A stretch of 63,752 bases of DNA, counting the filler. It is 4 parts of 4 records of this genome, joined end to end, with 100 filler letters (N's around TTAATTAATTAA, not from the genome) between each part and the next. Parts side by side here need not be neighbours in the genome. Positions count along the whole stretch, not along the records: positions 19,947 to 26,631 come from SRR22947727_863; positions 26,732 to 50,303 come from SRR22947727_865; 2 more parts are not named here. One strand, 5' to 3'. The position numbers and the translations under genes are program-made. Below, piece by piece: positions 21,658 to 31,593 of this stretch; positions within the stretch are counted from its first letter, which is position 1; each line of letters starts with the position of its first letter. Below the pieces are notes generated by a model. The model did no database searches. It was not told the origin of the DNA and saw nothing but the letters and a program-made list of their open reading frames with translations.

Positions 21658-23184
21658 ATGTCTTCCGAATTCGACCCGGAGGGGCTGAAAGTGCTCGTCG
21701 TCGACGACGACCTCATGTGTCTCCGCGTCGTCCAAGCGATGCTCAGGCGGTGCCGGTACCAGGTTTGCACACAGTCCAACGGGAAGGACGCATTGGAAGA
21801 TTTGAAAGCGAAGCAAGGGACGCCCGAGCAGTACGACTTGGTTCTCTCCGACGTGTACATGCCCGACATGGACGGGTTCAAGCTCCTGGAGAACATCGGT
21901 CTGGAGCTCGAGGTGCCGGTTATCATGATGTCCAGCGACGGGGACACGAACGTCGTGCTTCGTGGGGTGACTCACGGGGCGGTGGATTTTCTGATCAAGC
22001 CAGTGCGCATCGAAGAGCTGCGTAATGTTTGGCAGCACGTTATTCGGAGAAAGAGCACCCAACTGACCGTCAGTATGGACGGGGTTCCCGATCATGAATC
22101 AGAGGGGCAGACAACGAGTCGATGCGGTAAGCGCAAGGAGAACGAGGTGATGCGGGTTGAGCACGAGGGCGGTGGGGGTGGCAAAAAGCCGAGGGTGGTC
22201 TGGTCAGTGGAGATGCACCAGCAATTTGTCTATGCAGTCAACACGCTGGGCATAGATAAAGCCGTGCCCAAGAGGATTTTGGATCTGATGAACGTGGAGG
22301 GACTGACGAGGGAGAATGTTGCGTCGCACCTGCAGAAGTACAGACTGTATCTGAAGCGGGTGGAGAATGTGGCCGCTGGAGAGGAGTTCCAAAATGGGAA
22401 GGGCGGGCGCCAGAATGGGTCGTTTGGCAAGCCGCCGATGCAAAAAGGGCGGAGAAGTGGCAAATCGTCAACGAATATAAACGCGATGGACGTCGCGGAT
22501 CCCGCTGCGCACAACAACAACGGAATGTATGCCCCCGACTCGCTTCCCACCTACGCCCATGGCAACAATTCGCCATGGATGCCGATTTTGCCTAATATGA
22601 ATCAGTCCGTGCCGCAAGGTGCGCCTCATGGTGCTCCCCAGGGTGCTCCTCAGGGTGCATATCACGCCATGCCCATGCACTGCACCGCCACGGGAGCTGC
22701 GGGCTGGCAAATGCAGAATAACGCTGCCGGCGGCCCGACAACTGCCCTCCCGCACGGCGAGGTGATCACGTCCATGTTCTACCAGCCCAGCGGGATCGAC
22801 AATCCAGGCAGATATCCGGGGCAGCCCGTGTATCCCGGGCAACAGGAGCAGATGGGCATCCTGCCTGCCGAATACGGAGGCCCCTCACCAGGCAGCTTCA
22901 ATCCCGCGGGCCAACCGCACCTCGCGACCGACGCGTGCAGCAGCCAGATTACAATGCCATCGGCTGAGGCCACGCACAAGCAGGGCAGCTCGGGGGATCA
23001 ATCTCCAAAAAGGCTGGGGAATGTGGACCTCGTCTCGGAGTTCATTCGAACAGGATCAAGCCCGGCGCCAGACGCCCTGCCCAACTTTGGGCATCTCGGC
23101 AACGGTGGCGATAAGTTTGACGACCCCGAATCTGACGTGCTGAACATGTTCATCACGGACGCAGAAGAATCCATCCACCCGTAA
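21658..23184 (+). CDS. Type-B response regulator (receiver + GARP/Myb domain, ARR-B-like)
   Basis: VLVVDDD...[10 protein letters not shown]...FLIKP receiver; [14 protein letters not shown]...[17 protein letters not shown] domain; P/Q/G-rich tail; intronless. Confidence 0.93.
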   Translation: MSSEFDPEGLKVLVVDDDLMCLRVVQAMLRRCRYQVCTQSNGKDALEDLKAKQGTPEQYDLVLSDVYMPDMDGFKLLENIGLELEVPVIMMSSDGDTNVVLRGVTHGAVDFLIKPVRIEELRNVWQHVIRRKSTQLTVSMDGVPDHESEGQTTSRCGKRKENEVMRVEHEGGGGGKKPRVVWSVEMHQQFVYAVNTLGIDKAVPKRILDLMNVEGLTRENVASHLQKYRLYLKRVENVAAGEEFQNGKGGRQNGSFGKPPMQKGRRSGKSSTNINAMDVADPAAHNNNGMYAPDSLPTYAHGNNSPWMPILPNMNQSVPQGAPHGAPQGAPQGAYHAMPMHCTATGAAGWQMQNNAAGGPTTALPHGEVITSMFYQPSGIDNPGRYPGQPVYPGQQEQMGILPAEYGGPSPGSFNPAGQPHLATDACSSQITMPSAEATHKQGSSGDQSPKRLGNVDLVSEFIRTGSSPAPDALPNFGHLGNGGDKFDDPESDVLNMFITDAEESIHP

Positions 23185-23353
23185 CCAGTATGAGGCATCA
23201 AGCTGACTAAACGAACCATTTGCTGTTTTAATTCGGTAGAATGAAAGAATACACTATCATGAGCTCTCAGGAAGAATATTTCTCACTCGTCCAACTTCTC
23301 ATCTTCGCCCACTGCCTTTCTCCCATGACGGGTATCACATGTGGGAGGCCAGG

Positions 23354-23962
23354 TCATTGTGTCTTTGGGCGAAGGCAATGACAGCTTTGCCACCACCGGG
23401 TCACGTCACCGAGGGAGAATGGCTTTTTCCGGGGGTGCGGCGACGTCATGAGTACCGGGATTCCCGGGGACGGATTCGATTCGTACGGCGGTTTCGACTG
23501 TTGAGCCCACTGCTTCACCCGCCGCATCGCATCCTGCCGACTCGACGAACTGCCGTAGGCCTTGGCGTACTCTTTGAGATTGGAGGACGTCAGATACGCC
23601 CACTGCTTCCCATCCATCTCATCCTTCCCATCCTTACTAGCTGCTCCATCCTTTCCATGCTTCTCCTCCTTGTCCCGCCGCTCTTTGATTTTGACTTTGA
23701 AGCTCTCTATCTCTCGCTGCCGCATTTCCTCGTTCGTCACCTTTGAGTCCCGGTGCGCCCGCACCTCGTCCAAGGCCTGGCTCTTGCTTCTACTATGCCC
23801 TGCCTGCCGCTGCTCTTCGACGACCGCGAGGTTCAACGAGGGCACGACGTGGCTCGACCGCGAGGCCTCGAGAGGTGTGTCGCCCGGCGACGGTGCTGCT
23901 GCGTCCCGTGGTCCGCTCCCTTCCGCTCCCCGCTTCGACGTTATGGGATCCTCTCCGCCCAT
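23354..23962 (-). CDS. Hypothetical protein
   Basis: 202-aa ORF with plausible composition; no recognised domain. Confidence 0.5.
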   Translation of the reverse strand: MGGEDPITSKRGAEGSGPRDAAAPSPGDTPLEASRSSHVVPSLNLAVVEEQRQAGHSRSKSQALDEVRAHRDSKVTNEEMRQREIESFKVKIKERRDKEEKHGKDGAASKDGKDEMDGKQWAYLTSSNLKEYAKAYGSSSSRQDAMRRVKQWAQQSKPPYESNPSPGIPVLMTSPHPRKKPFSLGDVTRWWQSCHCLRPKTQ

Positions 23963-24172
23963 GTCGTATCCCGAGCCGTGAGCGGCGGATTTTCTGCTAT
24001 CCGCTGTCTCTAATTACAAAATTCACGCTTCTCACTTGCTACCTCGCATGGCGCTCGTGGTGAGCGTGCCGCTGGCCACACACCTGGTGGTGATACGGAA
24101 TTGTAGTTCGCGGGCCACGCGTGCCGTTAAACTGAGCTAATCGAATGTATCGGACCGTCACCGTCCACTCCT

Positions 24173-25087
24173 TTAGTTGGCGAATTGGAGCCCGGAGCTC
24201 GCCCCCGTCCGCCCTGCTGCCTGGCCACGTTGCAACTTGGAGCCCATCGCCATGTATGTGGAGGCTTCCAAATCATTCGTAGCAGCAAAGCCGGTAGCGC
24301 CGGCCGCCAGCTTGATCACGTCCTCAATCGCCGTGTCGTTGTACTGCCCCTCTGGTTTGATGACGCGTTCGTACGTACTGCGGCTCACCACGTTGGCGCC
24401 CTCCTTCACGTCTTTCAGGACCACAAGTTGAGTGGCATTGTTCAGCTCCTTGCGTGTCACCGGATCCACGTACTCCCCTGCCTTGTTCTTTTCGAATCGC
24501 ACCGCCACCAAATCCTTGAGCCTGAGCGGCTTGCCGCTGGCCGGGCACCGAGTCGTGTTGTCAGGCTTCTCAGGAATCTGCTCGGGCCCGGATTTGCCAT
24601 CAGAACGCTCATGACCCGATATCCAGTACGACTTAAGGCTCTCCATCTTCTTTGCTTCTGACTTGATCGTCTTGACACTGACCAGCACCTGCTTCCCCGA
24701 ATCCTCTCGTTCGTACTCCCGCCTCGACTCGCTTATGATCCGGCCGACTGCAGCGTCCGACGCGCCCATCTGTTTCGCTGCCATCGCCAGGGCCTCCACG
24801 CTTGTCTCGTGCTGGTGGCCACGTTCCTTCTTGAGCTCCAACTTGGCGAGATGGCGTTCATACGCCGCCTGCTTTTCTTTGATTGACTGCTTCTGGGACA
24901 GTAGACTTTCCAAAATGGCCTCCCTCGAATACAGAATGCCACCGGGCGTCACCACCGGTTCTTGTGCCCGGCGCAGCGTGAGGTGGCAATCGCAAAAGTT
25001 GGGCACAGCGTCCTTCGAGAGGCGCTCAGTAACGGTCCCGTGGTTCCAAGCTCTCCGCTCTGCGTACGTCGGCGCGGTCTGCGACAT
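24173..25087 (-). CDS. Nitric oxide synthase-interacting protein (NOSIP)-like RING/U-box protein
   Basis: TYAER...GT..ERLSKDAV..F.DCHLTL, PVVTPGGILYSREAILE.LL.QK, CPASGKPLRLKDL and GATGFA motifs. Confidence 0.85.
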   Translation of the reverse strand: MSQTAPTYAERRAWNHGTVTERLSKDAVPNFCDCHLTLRRAQEPVVTPGGILYSREAILESLLSQKQSIKEKQAAYERHLAKLELKKERGHQHETSVEALAMAAKQMGASDAAVGRIISESRREYEREDSGKQVLVSVKTIKSEAKKMESLKSYWISGHERSDGKSGPEQIPEKPDNTTRCPASGKPLRLKDLVAVRFEKNKAGEYVDPVTRKELNNATQLVVLKDVKEGANVVSRSTYERVIKPEGQYNDTAIEDVIKLAAGATGFAATNDLEASTYMAMGSKLQRGQAAGRTGASSGLQFAN

Positions 25088-25400
25088 CTCCTATCGGTCT
25101 TGTACTGACGACCCTCTCCTCGAGCCGTGGTTGTGGTCCGGTTTTGGGGAAGTTTCGGTCCCGCGTTCTCTACGCACGTCAAGATCCGCGCGCTCTCCTG
25201 ATATTTTTCGTAGTGTACACGGGCTAGGCTACGCGTTGGGTGGAGGTGGGCGGATTCCGTGACAGAATTGAACTTTTTTTACCTTGGTAGGTCCACGACC
25301 AGGCGGCAGGTGGACAGACCGCCACCTACCCACGACCATGGACCATCTGGCGGAGAGCAAAAATGATTACATGAAGCACATGATACTAAATGTCCTATGA

Positions 25401-26378
25401 TTAGACGGATGAGGCACCGGCACAGATCTCGGAAAGCTCGGTGGTGATCTTGGCCTGGCGCTTGCGGTTGTACACAAGGTTGATCTTCTTCTTCAGGTCC
25501 TTGGCGTTATCGGATGCATTGCTCATGGCGTTCATCCTGGCGGCCAGCTCGGAGGCAAGAGCCTCCTGGAGCGACCTGAGAAGGGTGGCGTTCATGTACA
25601 GCGGCAGCAGAGCATCGACGATCTGGACCGGGTCCTGCTCGAAGATCAGCGACTCGTCGAGTCCTCCAGTCTCGGTGGTAGTGGTCTCAGACTCGACAAC
25701 GAGCTTTCCTTCCCTAGTGGTCAGCTTGAAAATCTCATCCTCGGCGGCGTCGACACAGTTGCCGTCAATGTCGCAGACAGTTCCCTCAGCGCTCAGGGGG
25801 AGCATGGTCTGAATAACCGGGGCAGAGGAGATGAGCGACACGAACTTGGTGTAGACGAGCTCGACCTTATCCACCTTCTCGGAAACAAAGTCTGCGAAGA
25901 TCTCGTCCGCCACAGCCTGAGCCTCCTTGATGGTGGGGCTCTGTCCGACCTCGAAGGTGGCGGCAATCTCGTACTGCGGGCGCCTCTTGAAGTAGACAGA
26001 TCCCTTACGTCCAATGCACACGAGCGAAACCTCGATGCCCATGTTGGTAAGCTCGTTGTACCTCTGCTCTGTCTTCTTGATCATCTGGGCGTTGTATCCT
26101 CCGCAGAGTCCACGGTCTCCGGTGACCGTGACGAGGAGCACCTTCTTGACCGGGCGAATCTGAACAAGCGGCGAATCGACATCCTCGACCTGCAGCCTCT
26201 GGTTGACTCCGTAGAGGACCTTGACAAGGTTCTCCGCAAACGGACGGCCATTGACGACAGCCTCCTGAGCCCTACGGACCTTGGCGGCAGCGACGAGTTT
26301 CATGGCCTCCGTGATCTTCTGGGTGTTCTTGACCGACTGAATACGGTCGCGGAGCTCCTTCATACCGGCGGCGCGGAC
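25401..26378 (-). CDS. atpC: Chloroplast ATP synthase gamma subunit, last exon (nuclear-encoded)
   Basis: KELRDRIQSVKNTQKITEAMKLVAAAK, GDRGLCG, redox loop CDIDGNC and RQAKIT; acceptor ccccgtag|GTC at 26379-26380. Confidence 0.95.
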   Translation of the reverse strand, partial: VRAAGMKELRDRIQSVKNTQKITEAMKLVAAAKVRRAQEAVVNGRPFAENLVKVLYGVNQRLQVEDVDSPLVQIRPVKKVLLVTVTGDRGLCGGYNAQMIKKTEQRYNELTNMGIEVSLVCIGRKGSVYFKRRPQYEIAATFEVGQSPTIKEAQAVADEIFADFVSEKVDKVELVYTKFVSLISSAPVIQTMLPLSAEGTVCDIDGNCVDAAEDEIFKLTTREGKLVVESETTTTETGGLDESLIFEQDPVQIVDALLPLYMNATLLRSLQEALASELAARMNAMSNASDNAKDLKKKINLVYNRKRQAKITTELSEICAGASSV

Positions 26379-26631
26379 CTACGGGGGCGAGGAGGCGACA
26401 TAGTGAGAACACTGAGAAAATCGAAAGTGGCAGAGGCTGCGTCGGCAACGGACGGCAGCAGGCGCGGGCACACGGGATTTCGCGCACAAAATTGCGCTCA
26501 TATTCGATCATCTCGCGTTGGTGCGCGTCGGCGGCGCGACTGGGGCGGAGGGAGAAGACCCTGCCAGGGCAAAACAGCCAGGCACATGTCGTTCGACGAT
26601 TTGGTCTTTCCGCGCCCTGGCCGTCATTCTC

Positions 26632-26731
26632 NNNNNNNNNNNNNNNNNNNNNNNNNNNNNNNNNNNNNNNNNNNNTTAATTAATTAANNNNNNNNNNNNN
26701 NNNNNNNNNNNNNNNNNNNNNNNNNNNNNNN
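26632..26731. other. Artificial contig linker
   Basis: 44 N + TTAATTAATTAA + 44 N. Confidence 0.99.
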
Positions 26732-26810
26732 TGAGCTAACGCCCCTTTTACCTTTCGGCTGGGAAACCGGATTTTAGGCTACTTTCACAAATCGGGCAAC
26801 CGGTTTTCGA

Positions 26811-27836
26811 TCACGGATTCGCCAGTGTTTCGATCACAACCTTGAGCCCTTTGACGACAGACTCCAGCTTTTCGAAATCGATTTGCTCAAGCGAATCGGC
26901 AGATGGCAAACGAAGCTTATCCGTATCCGTCACAACGATTGCAGGAAATCCTTTTTTCGAAAAAGAAGCGTGATCTGCCCGATGAATTTCTGGGATTTTC
27001 TCTGCAAAACTTCCTGCGACGGTCGGAATTGGGGATGCCCGAAAAAACGAATCACGCGCCATTTCCGCCATTTCACCAGAGTCAGCATTTCCTAAAATCG
27101 CCACGAAATTTCCCGTGCTCGGAAACTTATCATCGAGCCCTGCGGGACTTTGTTGGCTCCCCTCCTCATCTGAAAAAACGCCAAGCGAATTGAGATCGAT
27201 CATCGCTTCGATCTTCATTCCCTCGCGTTTTGCCTCTGCCGCAAAATTCACACTTCCCATTGCGTTCGTTTCAAAATACGCAGGCTCTCCATTTACAAAA
27301 GCGACGAACTGAATCGTGCGCGCTTGCTGACTCCCGGCGAACGCCCGCGCCAAGCTAATCAGGGCTGCCACGCCCGAACCATTGTCATTCACTCCAGCTG
27401 AACCGGGGGCGGAATCAAAGTGCGCCCCCACCACGACAAATTCTTTTGCACGCGAATTCCCCCGCAGTTCCGCGATGACATTCCAGACTTTATCCGGCCC
27501 CACATCAAACGCTTGCCGCCGAATCGGATAACCCGCATTCGATGGCCCGAGAGTAGATTCAACCCACACCGCTGCTTTTTTCAGCGAATCTTGTTTCTCC
27601 AAATTTCGCTCACCAATGCGTGACGAGAGTGTTTCAACGAGAAGTTTTAAGTCGCCCGCGTTCACCGGCCGTTGAGTCATCCGGGCCGATTCCAGATTCT
27701 TGCCCAAATTCTCATCTTGCGAATGGTGCAACGATTTGGGGGAAACATGCGTTACAACCACCGCTACCATGCCAAGCACAAAAAGCCCTACCGGTAACGC
27801 GACAAGCGCAGTTCGAATGATTTTTCCGGAGTTCAT
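26811..27836 (-). CDS. M28 family peptidase
   Basis: VVVGAHFDS, GVNDNGSGVAA, FVNGEP and ADHASF motifs; N-terminal TM; the usual EE pair reads GE. Confidence 0.85.
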   Translation of the reverse strand: MNSGKIIRTALVALPVGLFVLGMVAVVVTHVSPKSLHHSQDENLGKNLESARMTQRPVNAGDLKLLVETLSSRIGERNLEKQDSLKKAAVWVESTLGPSNAGYPIRRQAFDVGPDKVWNVIAELRGNSRAKEFVVVGAHFDSAPGSAGVNDNGSGVAALISLARAFAGSQQARTIQFVAFVNGEPAYFETNAMGSVNFAAEAKREGMKIEAMIDLNSLGVFSDEEGSQQSPAGLDDKFPSTGNFVAILGNADSGEMAEMARDSFFRASPIPTVAGSFAEKIPEIHRADHASFSKKGFPAIVVTDTDKLRLPSADSLEQIDFEKLESVVKGLKVVIETLANP

Positions 27837-27845
27837 GAAATTCAA

Positions 27846-28955
27846 TTAATCAGCGCCAAGAGCAGCTATCACACAAGACGCCGCCCGCTCATGCGAACCG
27901 CCCTCCCCGAGCATGGCGACAACGCGGGCAATGTCATCTTGCAAAGCATTACGCACCACGTCATCGGAAAGTAACCTTTCCAATTCGTCGGCAATCACCG
28001 GCCCCATCGATTTTTCCTGCAATAATTCCCGGACGACTTCTCGACCAGCCATCACGTTGACGATGCCGAGAAAATCCACTTTCATCACCTGCCTAGCCAC
28101 CAGCGCGGTCAACCACGCGACTTTGTAAGTCAGGCAATATGGCAAGCCCAGACACGCAGCTTCCAGCGTCGCCGTTCCTGATGCAACAACGCCAACCGCG
28201 GCCCGCTGCATGATTTCATGCGCGGGGAATTTCTCGATTTTAATCCCCGCTTTCCCAGCGAGTTCGTGAATTCGGGCGTCTAAAACCGCGGTCGCTCCCG
28301 TGGAGGCAAATCGCAAATCCGGACGCGCTTTTTTCAAAATCCGAGCCGCTTCAAGCATCTGCGGAAAAAGCCCTTCCACCTCGCGTTCGCGCGAACCCGG
28401 CAACAGCGCGACAAGATTTGGATCGCGCGTAACGCCATCAATCCGCTCTTCCTCCATCGAATCGACGAGCGGATGCCCCGCAAATTCCGTCGGCAGTCCT
28501 GAATTTTCGTAGAGCTCTTTTTCGAACGGAAAAATGCAGATCATCAAATCCAACAGCTCCGCCATCGTTTTGATTCGGCCCCGTTTCCAGGCCCAGACCT
28601 GCGGGCTGATGTAATAAATCAGCTTCCCCGTGAAGCCTCCTTTTCGCAGCGCTTTGGCCAACCGGAGATTGAAACCGGGATAATCGATCAGTACAACCGC
28701 GTCCGGTTTTTCCGCAAAAATCCGTGCAACCGTTTCATCCATTTTCTGGCGGAAATAACCATATTTTTTAAGAACCTCCCACAAACCCAAGACCGCCGCA
28801 TCAGCCAGCCAATCTTCAATGTCGTCCGAAATTTCACGCATCGTCGGCCCGCCCAATCCCGACAACTCAAGCTCGTCAGTCGGCAACGCACGCATCAAGG
28901 CCGATCCGTGGGTATCTCCACTGATTTCACCGGCGACAAGAAAAATGCGTTTCAC
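27846..28955 (-). CDS. lpxB: Lipid-A-disaccharide synthase
   Basis: AGEISGD, IDYPGFN, YYISPQVWAW, GHPL, LLPGSR and SGTATLE motifs. Confidence 0.96.
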   Translation of the reverse strand: MKRIFLVAGEISGDTHGSALMRALPTDELELSGLGGPTMREISDDIEDWLADAAVLGLWEVLKKYGYFRQKMDETVARIFAEKPDAVVLIDYPGFNLRLAKALRKGGFTGKLIYYISPQVWAWKRGRIKTMAELLDLMICIFPFEKELYENSGLPTEFAGHPLVDSMEEERIDGVTRDPNLVALLPGSREREVEGLFPQMLEAARILKKARPDLRFASTGATAVLDARIHELAGKAGIKIEKFPAHEIMQRAAVGVVASGTATLEAACLGLPYCLTYKVAWLTALVARQVMKVDFLGIVNVMAGREVVRELLQEKSMGPVIADELERLLSDDVVRNALQDDIARVVAMLGEGGSHERAASCVIAALGAD

Positions 28956-29053
28956 GAGTCAATAGGGTTGGTTCGATGAATCAATAGGGTTGGAACGTAA
29001 AGGCATTTCGAACCAATAGGGTACATTCGATGAACATACCCTATTGGTTCGTG
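28951..29053. repeat. 22-bp-unit palindromic intergenic repeat, locus 1 (4 units)
   Basis: Units at 28956, 28978, 29010 and 29032; 15-bp perfect stem CGAACCAATAGGGTA/TACCCTATTGGTTCG. Confidence 0.85.
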
Positions 29054-29982
29054 GAATTCGCTTCGTCAATAATTCGAGTGATTTGCAGCGCAACATCGAG
29101 CGCGTCAGCTCCCTGCTGACCGCTTACTCTGGGCTTCAGCCCCTGAGATGCGCAATCGATGAACGACGCGAGTTCGCTTTTCAGCGGCTCGCCCTTCTCG
29201 ACTTCGACTTTTTCGCGCGCGATGGCGAGGCCCTCTTTGCGATAGATCCAGCCGCTCTGATCCTGATAATCGAGCGAGAGATACGCGTCGTTTTGAAAGA
29301 CGCGAATTTTCCGCATTTTCTCGGGGCTGATCCGGCTGGCAGTGATGTTGGCGACACAGTTGTTTTCGAATGTAATCCGCGCGTTCGCGATATCTTCGCG
29401 CTTCGTCAAAACGGCAATTCCGGTCGCATCGATTTTGGCAATCGGTGTATCGACAAGGTGAAGGATGATTTCGAGATCGTGAATCATCAAATCGAGCACG
29501 ACTCCGATGTCCATGCTGCGATTTGGAAATGGCGAGAGCCGATGGCTTTCGATGAACTTCGGATTGTCGAGATGCGACTCGAGCTGGGCCATCACGGGGT
29601 TGAATCGCTCGATGTGACCGACTTGTAAAACGAGCCCTTTTTCATACGCGAGATCGATCAGCGCCGTGGCGTCATCGACAGAGTCAGAAATCGGTTTTTC
29701 CATAAGCACGTGCTTCCCGGCATTCAGCAACGCGCAGCCGATTTCGCGATGAGTGACAGTTGGCGTTGCGATGGTTGCCGCATCGACGAGCGAAATAAAT
29801 TCCTCCATCGAATCGACCACTTTCCCGCCATATTGGCTGGCAAGTTCGTTCGCGAGATCTTTGTTCAGGTCAAAAATCGCGGTCAATTCCGACGATTCGA
29901 GTTCGGAATAAATCCGGGCGTGATTTTTTCCCATCGCCCCGATTCCAGCGACTCCGGCACGGACTTTTTTTGTGCTGCTCAT
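29041..29982 (-). CDS. Gfo/Idh/MocA oxidoreductase (GnnA-like UDP-GlcNAc 3-dehydrogenase candidate)
   Basis: GIGAMG, EKPI, VGHIERFNP, DLMIHD and TASRIS motifs; directly upstream of lpxB. Confidence 0.85.
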   Translation of the reverse strand: MSSTKKVRAGVAGIGAMGKNHARIYSELESSELTAIFDLNKDLANELASQYGGKVVDSMEEFISLVDAATIATPTVTHREIGCALLNAGKHVLMEKPISDSVDDATALIDLAYEKGLVLQVGHIERFNPVMAQLESHLDNPKFIESHRLSPFPNRSMDIGVVLDLMIHDLEIILHLVDTPIAKIDATGIAVLTKREDIANARITFENNCVANITASRISPEKMRKIRVFQNDAYLSLDYQDQSGWIYRKEGLAIAREKVEVEKGEPLKSELASFIDCASQGLKPRVSGQQGADALDVALQITRIIDEANSTNQ

Positions 29983-30038
29983 GTGGGGTCAGCTATCGAC
30001 GAATCAGCGGCGTTTTCAAGACTGGAAACACCAAAGTC

Positions 30039-31535
30039 TCACCACCAACCGAGTAGCTTCCACCACGGCAAACCGATCCCCAGCCAGACGATGATGTGGA
30101 ATAAGCCGACGAAGGCACCCGTTCGCAACCAGCGCGGCGCTTCGACATAGCCGAGGCCGAAATAAATCACAACGGGCCCGGTGGAATAATGGGTCAGCGA
30201 TCCGCACAGATTCGAGAAATACGCGAGCAATGGAATGATAAGCAGCGCCGGTGCATCCACTCCGATAGCAACTCCGATGAATGCAGCAACCATCGCGGTG
30301 ATATGCCCCGTGAGCATCGAGAACGCGTACATCGATAGGAAATAAATCAGCGCCAGGAGAATGGCAGCGTAAAAAGGGGTGAAACCCGTGACCCAACCTT
30401 TGGCGTTGTTGGCGAACCAATCGATCACCCCGAAATCTTTGAGCGCTCCGGCCATCATAATTAATCCACCGAGCCAAACCATCGCATCCCAAGCCCCATA
30501 ATTTTTTGCCATGTCATTCCATTTTTGCGCCCCAGTGACAAGGCAAATAACGACACCTAGCAAGGCAACGACCGCGGTGTGGATGTGGTGAAATTTTGCG
30601 GTGGTCCACAGACCAAGCATCAACACAAAAACGCCCAACATGATCCATTCGTTGCGTGACATCGGACCCATCGCTTTCAAATCGCTGCCGGCTTTTGCGC
30701 GAGCAGCCGCCACATCGACACCAGTCGGTTTGAGCAAGAATTTCAGAAAAACCGGGAGCAAAATCAGACCTGCGAGCCCGGGAACGATGGCTCCTTTTGC
30801 CCACATCCCCCAACCAAATTCGACGCCGGCAACATCCTGTGCCGCGGCGGAAACAAGCCCATTGGCGGCCATTCCGGTAAGAAACATCGCCGCAGTAATC
30901 AGGTTTGCGTGAGCGCCCACCTGAATCAAATACGCACTGACATCGTTACGACGCCTACGTTCTGCATCACCGACAAGCGTTCGGCAAAGCGAATCGACAA
31001 TCGGCGCAAGAATACCTCCGCCACGGGCAGTGTTCGACGGGACGAAGGGTCCAAGAACGAGTTCAGCCGCACCGATTCCATAAGCAAGGCCAAGAGGCGT
31101 CTTGCCGAGAGCTGAGATCAAAAGCAATGCAATCCGTTTCCCCAAACCGGTTGCGATGACCACGCCCGAAATAAGAAATGCAGCGACGACCAGCCAAACG
31201 GTCGTGTTTCCAAAAGCGGAGAGCGCATACGCCAGCGATTCCTTGGAGGCTTTTTTCGGGGCCGTCGCAGGATCAGCAAAAGTGTTCGTCAGCACCAGAA
31301 TGATGACCCCAACGAGAACCATCGTGCCCATTGGGAGCGGTCGGAGAATGAAACTCAGAATCGTCGCTACGAATACCGCCATGACTTGCCAGCCGCGCGG
31401 ATCAACTCCCGCGGGCACGGGGAGAAACCACAGCACCGCGCCAAGGGCGACACAAATCGCGAGCGAAATACAGCGCCTCAGCTCAGATTGCTTCGGAATA
31501 GGTGGGTTTTGCGGTGCTACTTCGGGAGCGGACAT
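30039..31535 (-). CDS. DASS family divalent anion symporter
   Basis: VWLVVAAFLI, PSNTARGGG, MFLTGMAAN and THYSTGP motifs; WWKLLGWW end. Confidence 0.93.
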   Translation of the reverse strand: MSAPEVAPQNPPIPKQSELRRCISLAICVALGAVLWFLPVPAGVDPRGWQVMAVFVATILSFILRPLPMGTMVLVGVIILVLTNTFADPATAPKKASKESLAYALSAFGNTTVWLVVAAFLISGVVIATGLGKRIALLLISALGKTPLGLAYGIGAAELVLGPFVPSNTARGGGILAPIVDSLCRTLVGDAERRRRNDVSAYLIQVGAHANLITAAMFLTGMAANGLVSAAAQDVAGVEFGWGMWAKGAIVPGLAGLILLPVFLKFLLKPTGVDVAAARAKAGSDLKAMGPMSRNEWIMLGVFVLMLGLWTTAKFHHIHTAVVALLGVVICLVTGAQKWNDMAKNYGAWDAMVWLGGLIMMAGALKDFGVIDWFANNAKGWVTGFTPFYAAILLALIYFLSMYAFSMLTGHITAMVAAFIGVAIGVDAPALLIIPLLAYFSNLCGSLTHYSTGPVVIYFGLGYVEAPRWLRTGAFVGLFHIIVWLGIGLPWWKLLGWW

Positions 31536-31593
31536 TTTCCAAAGAAGACACCAAAAAAATCGACATTTAGCAAGCAGTTAGGTTCAGCCAAAC

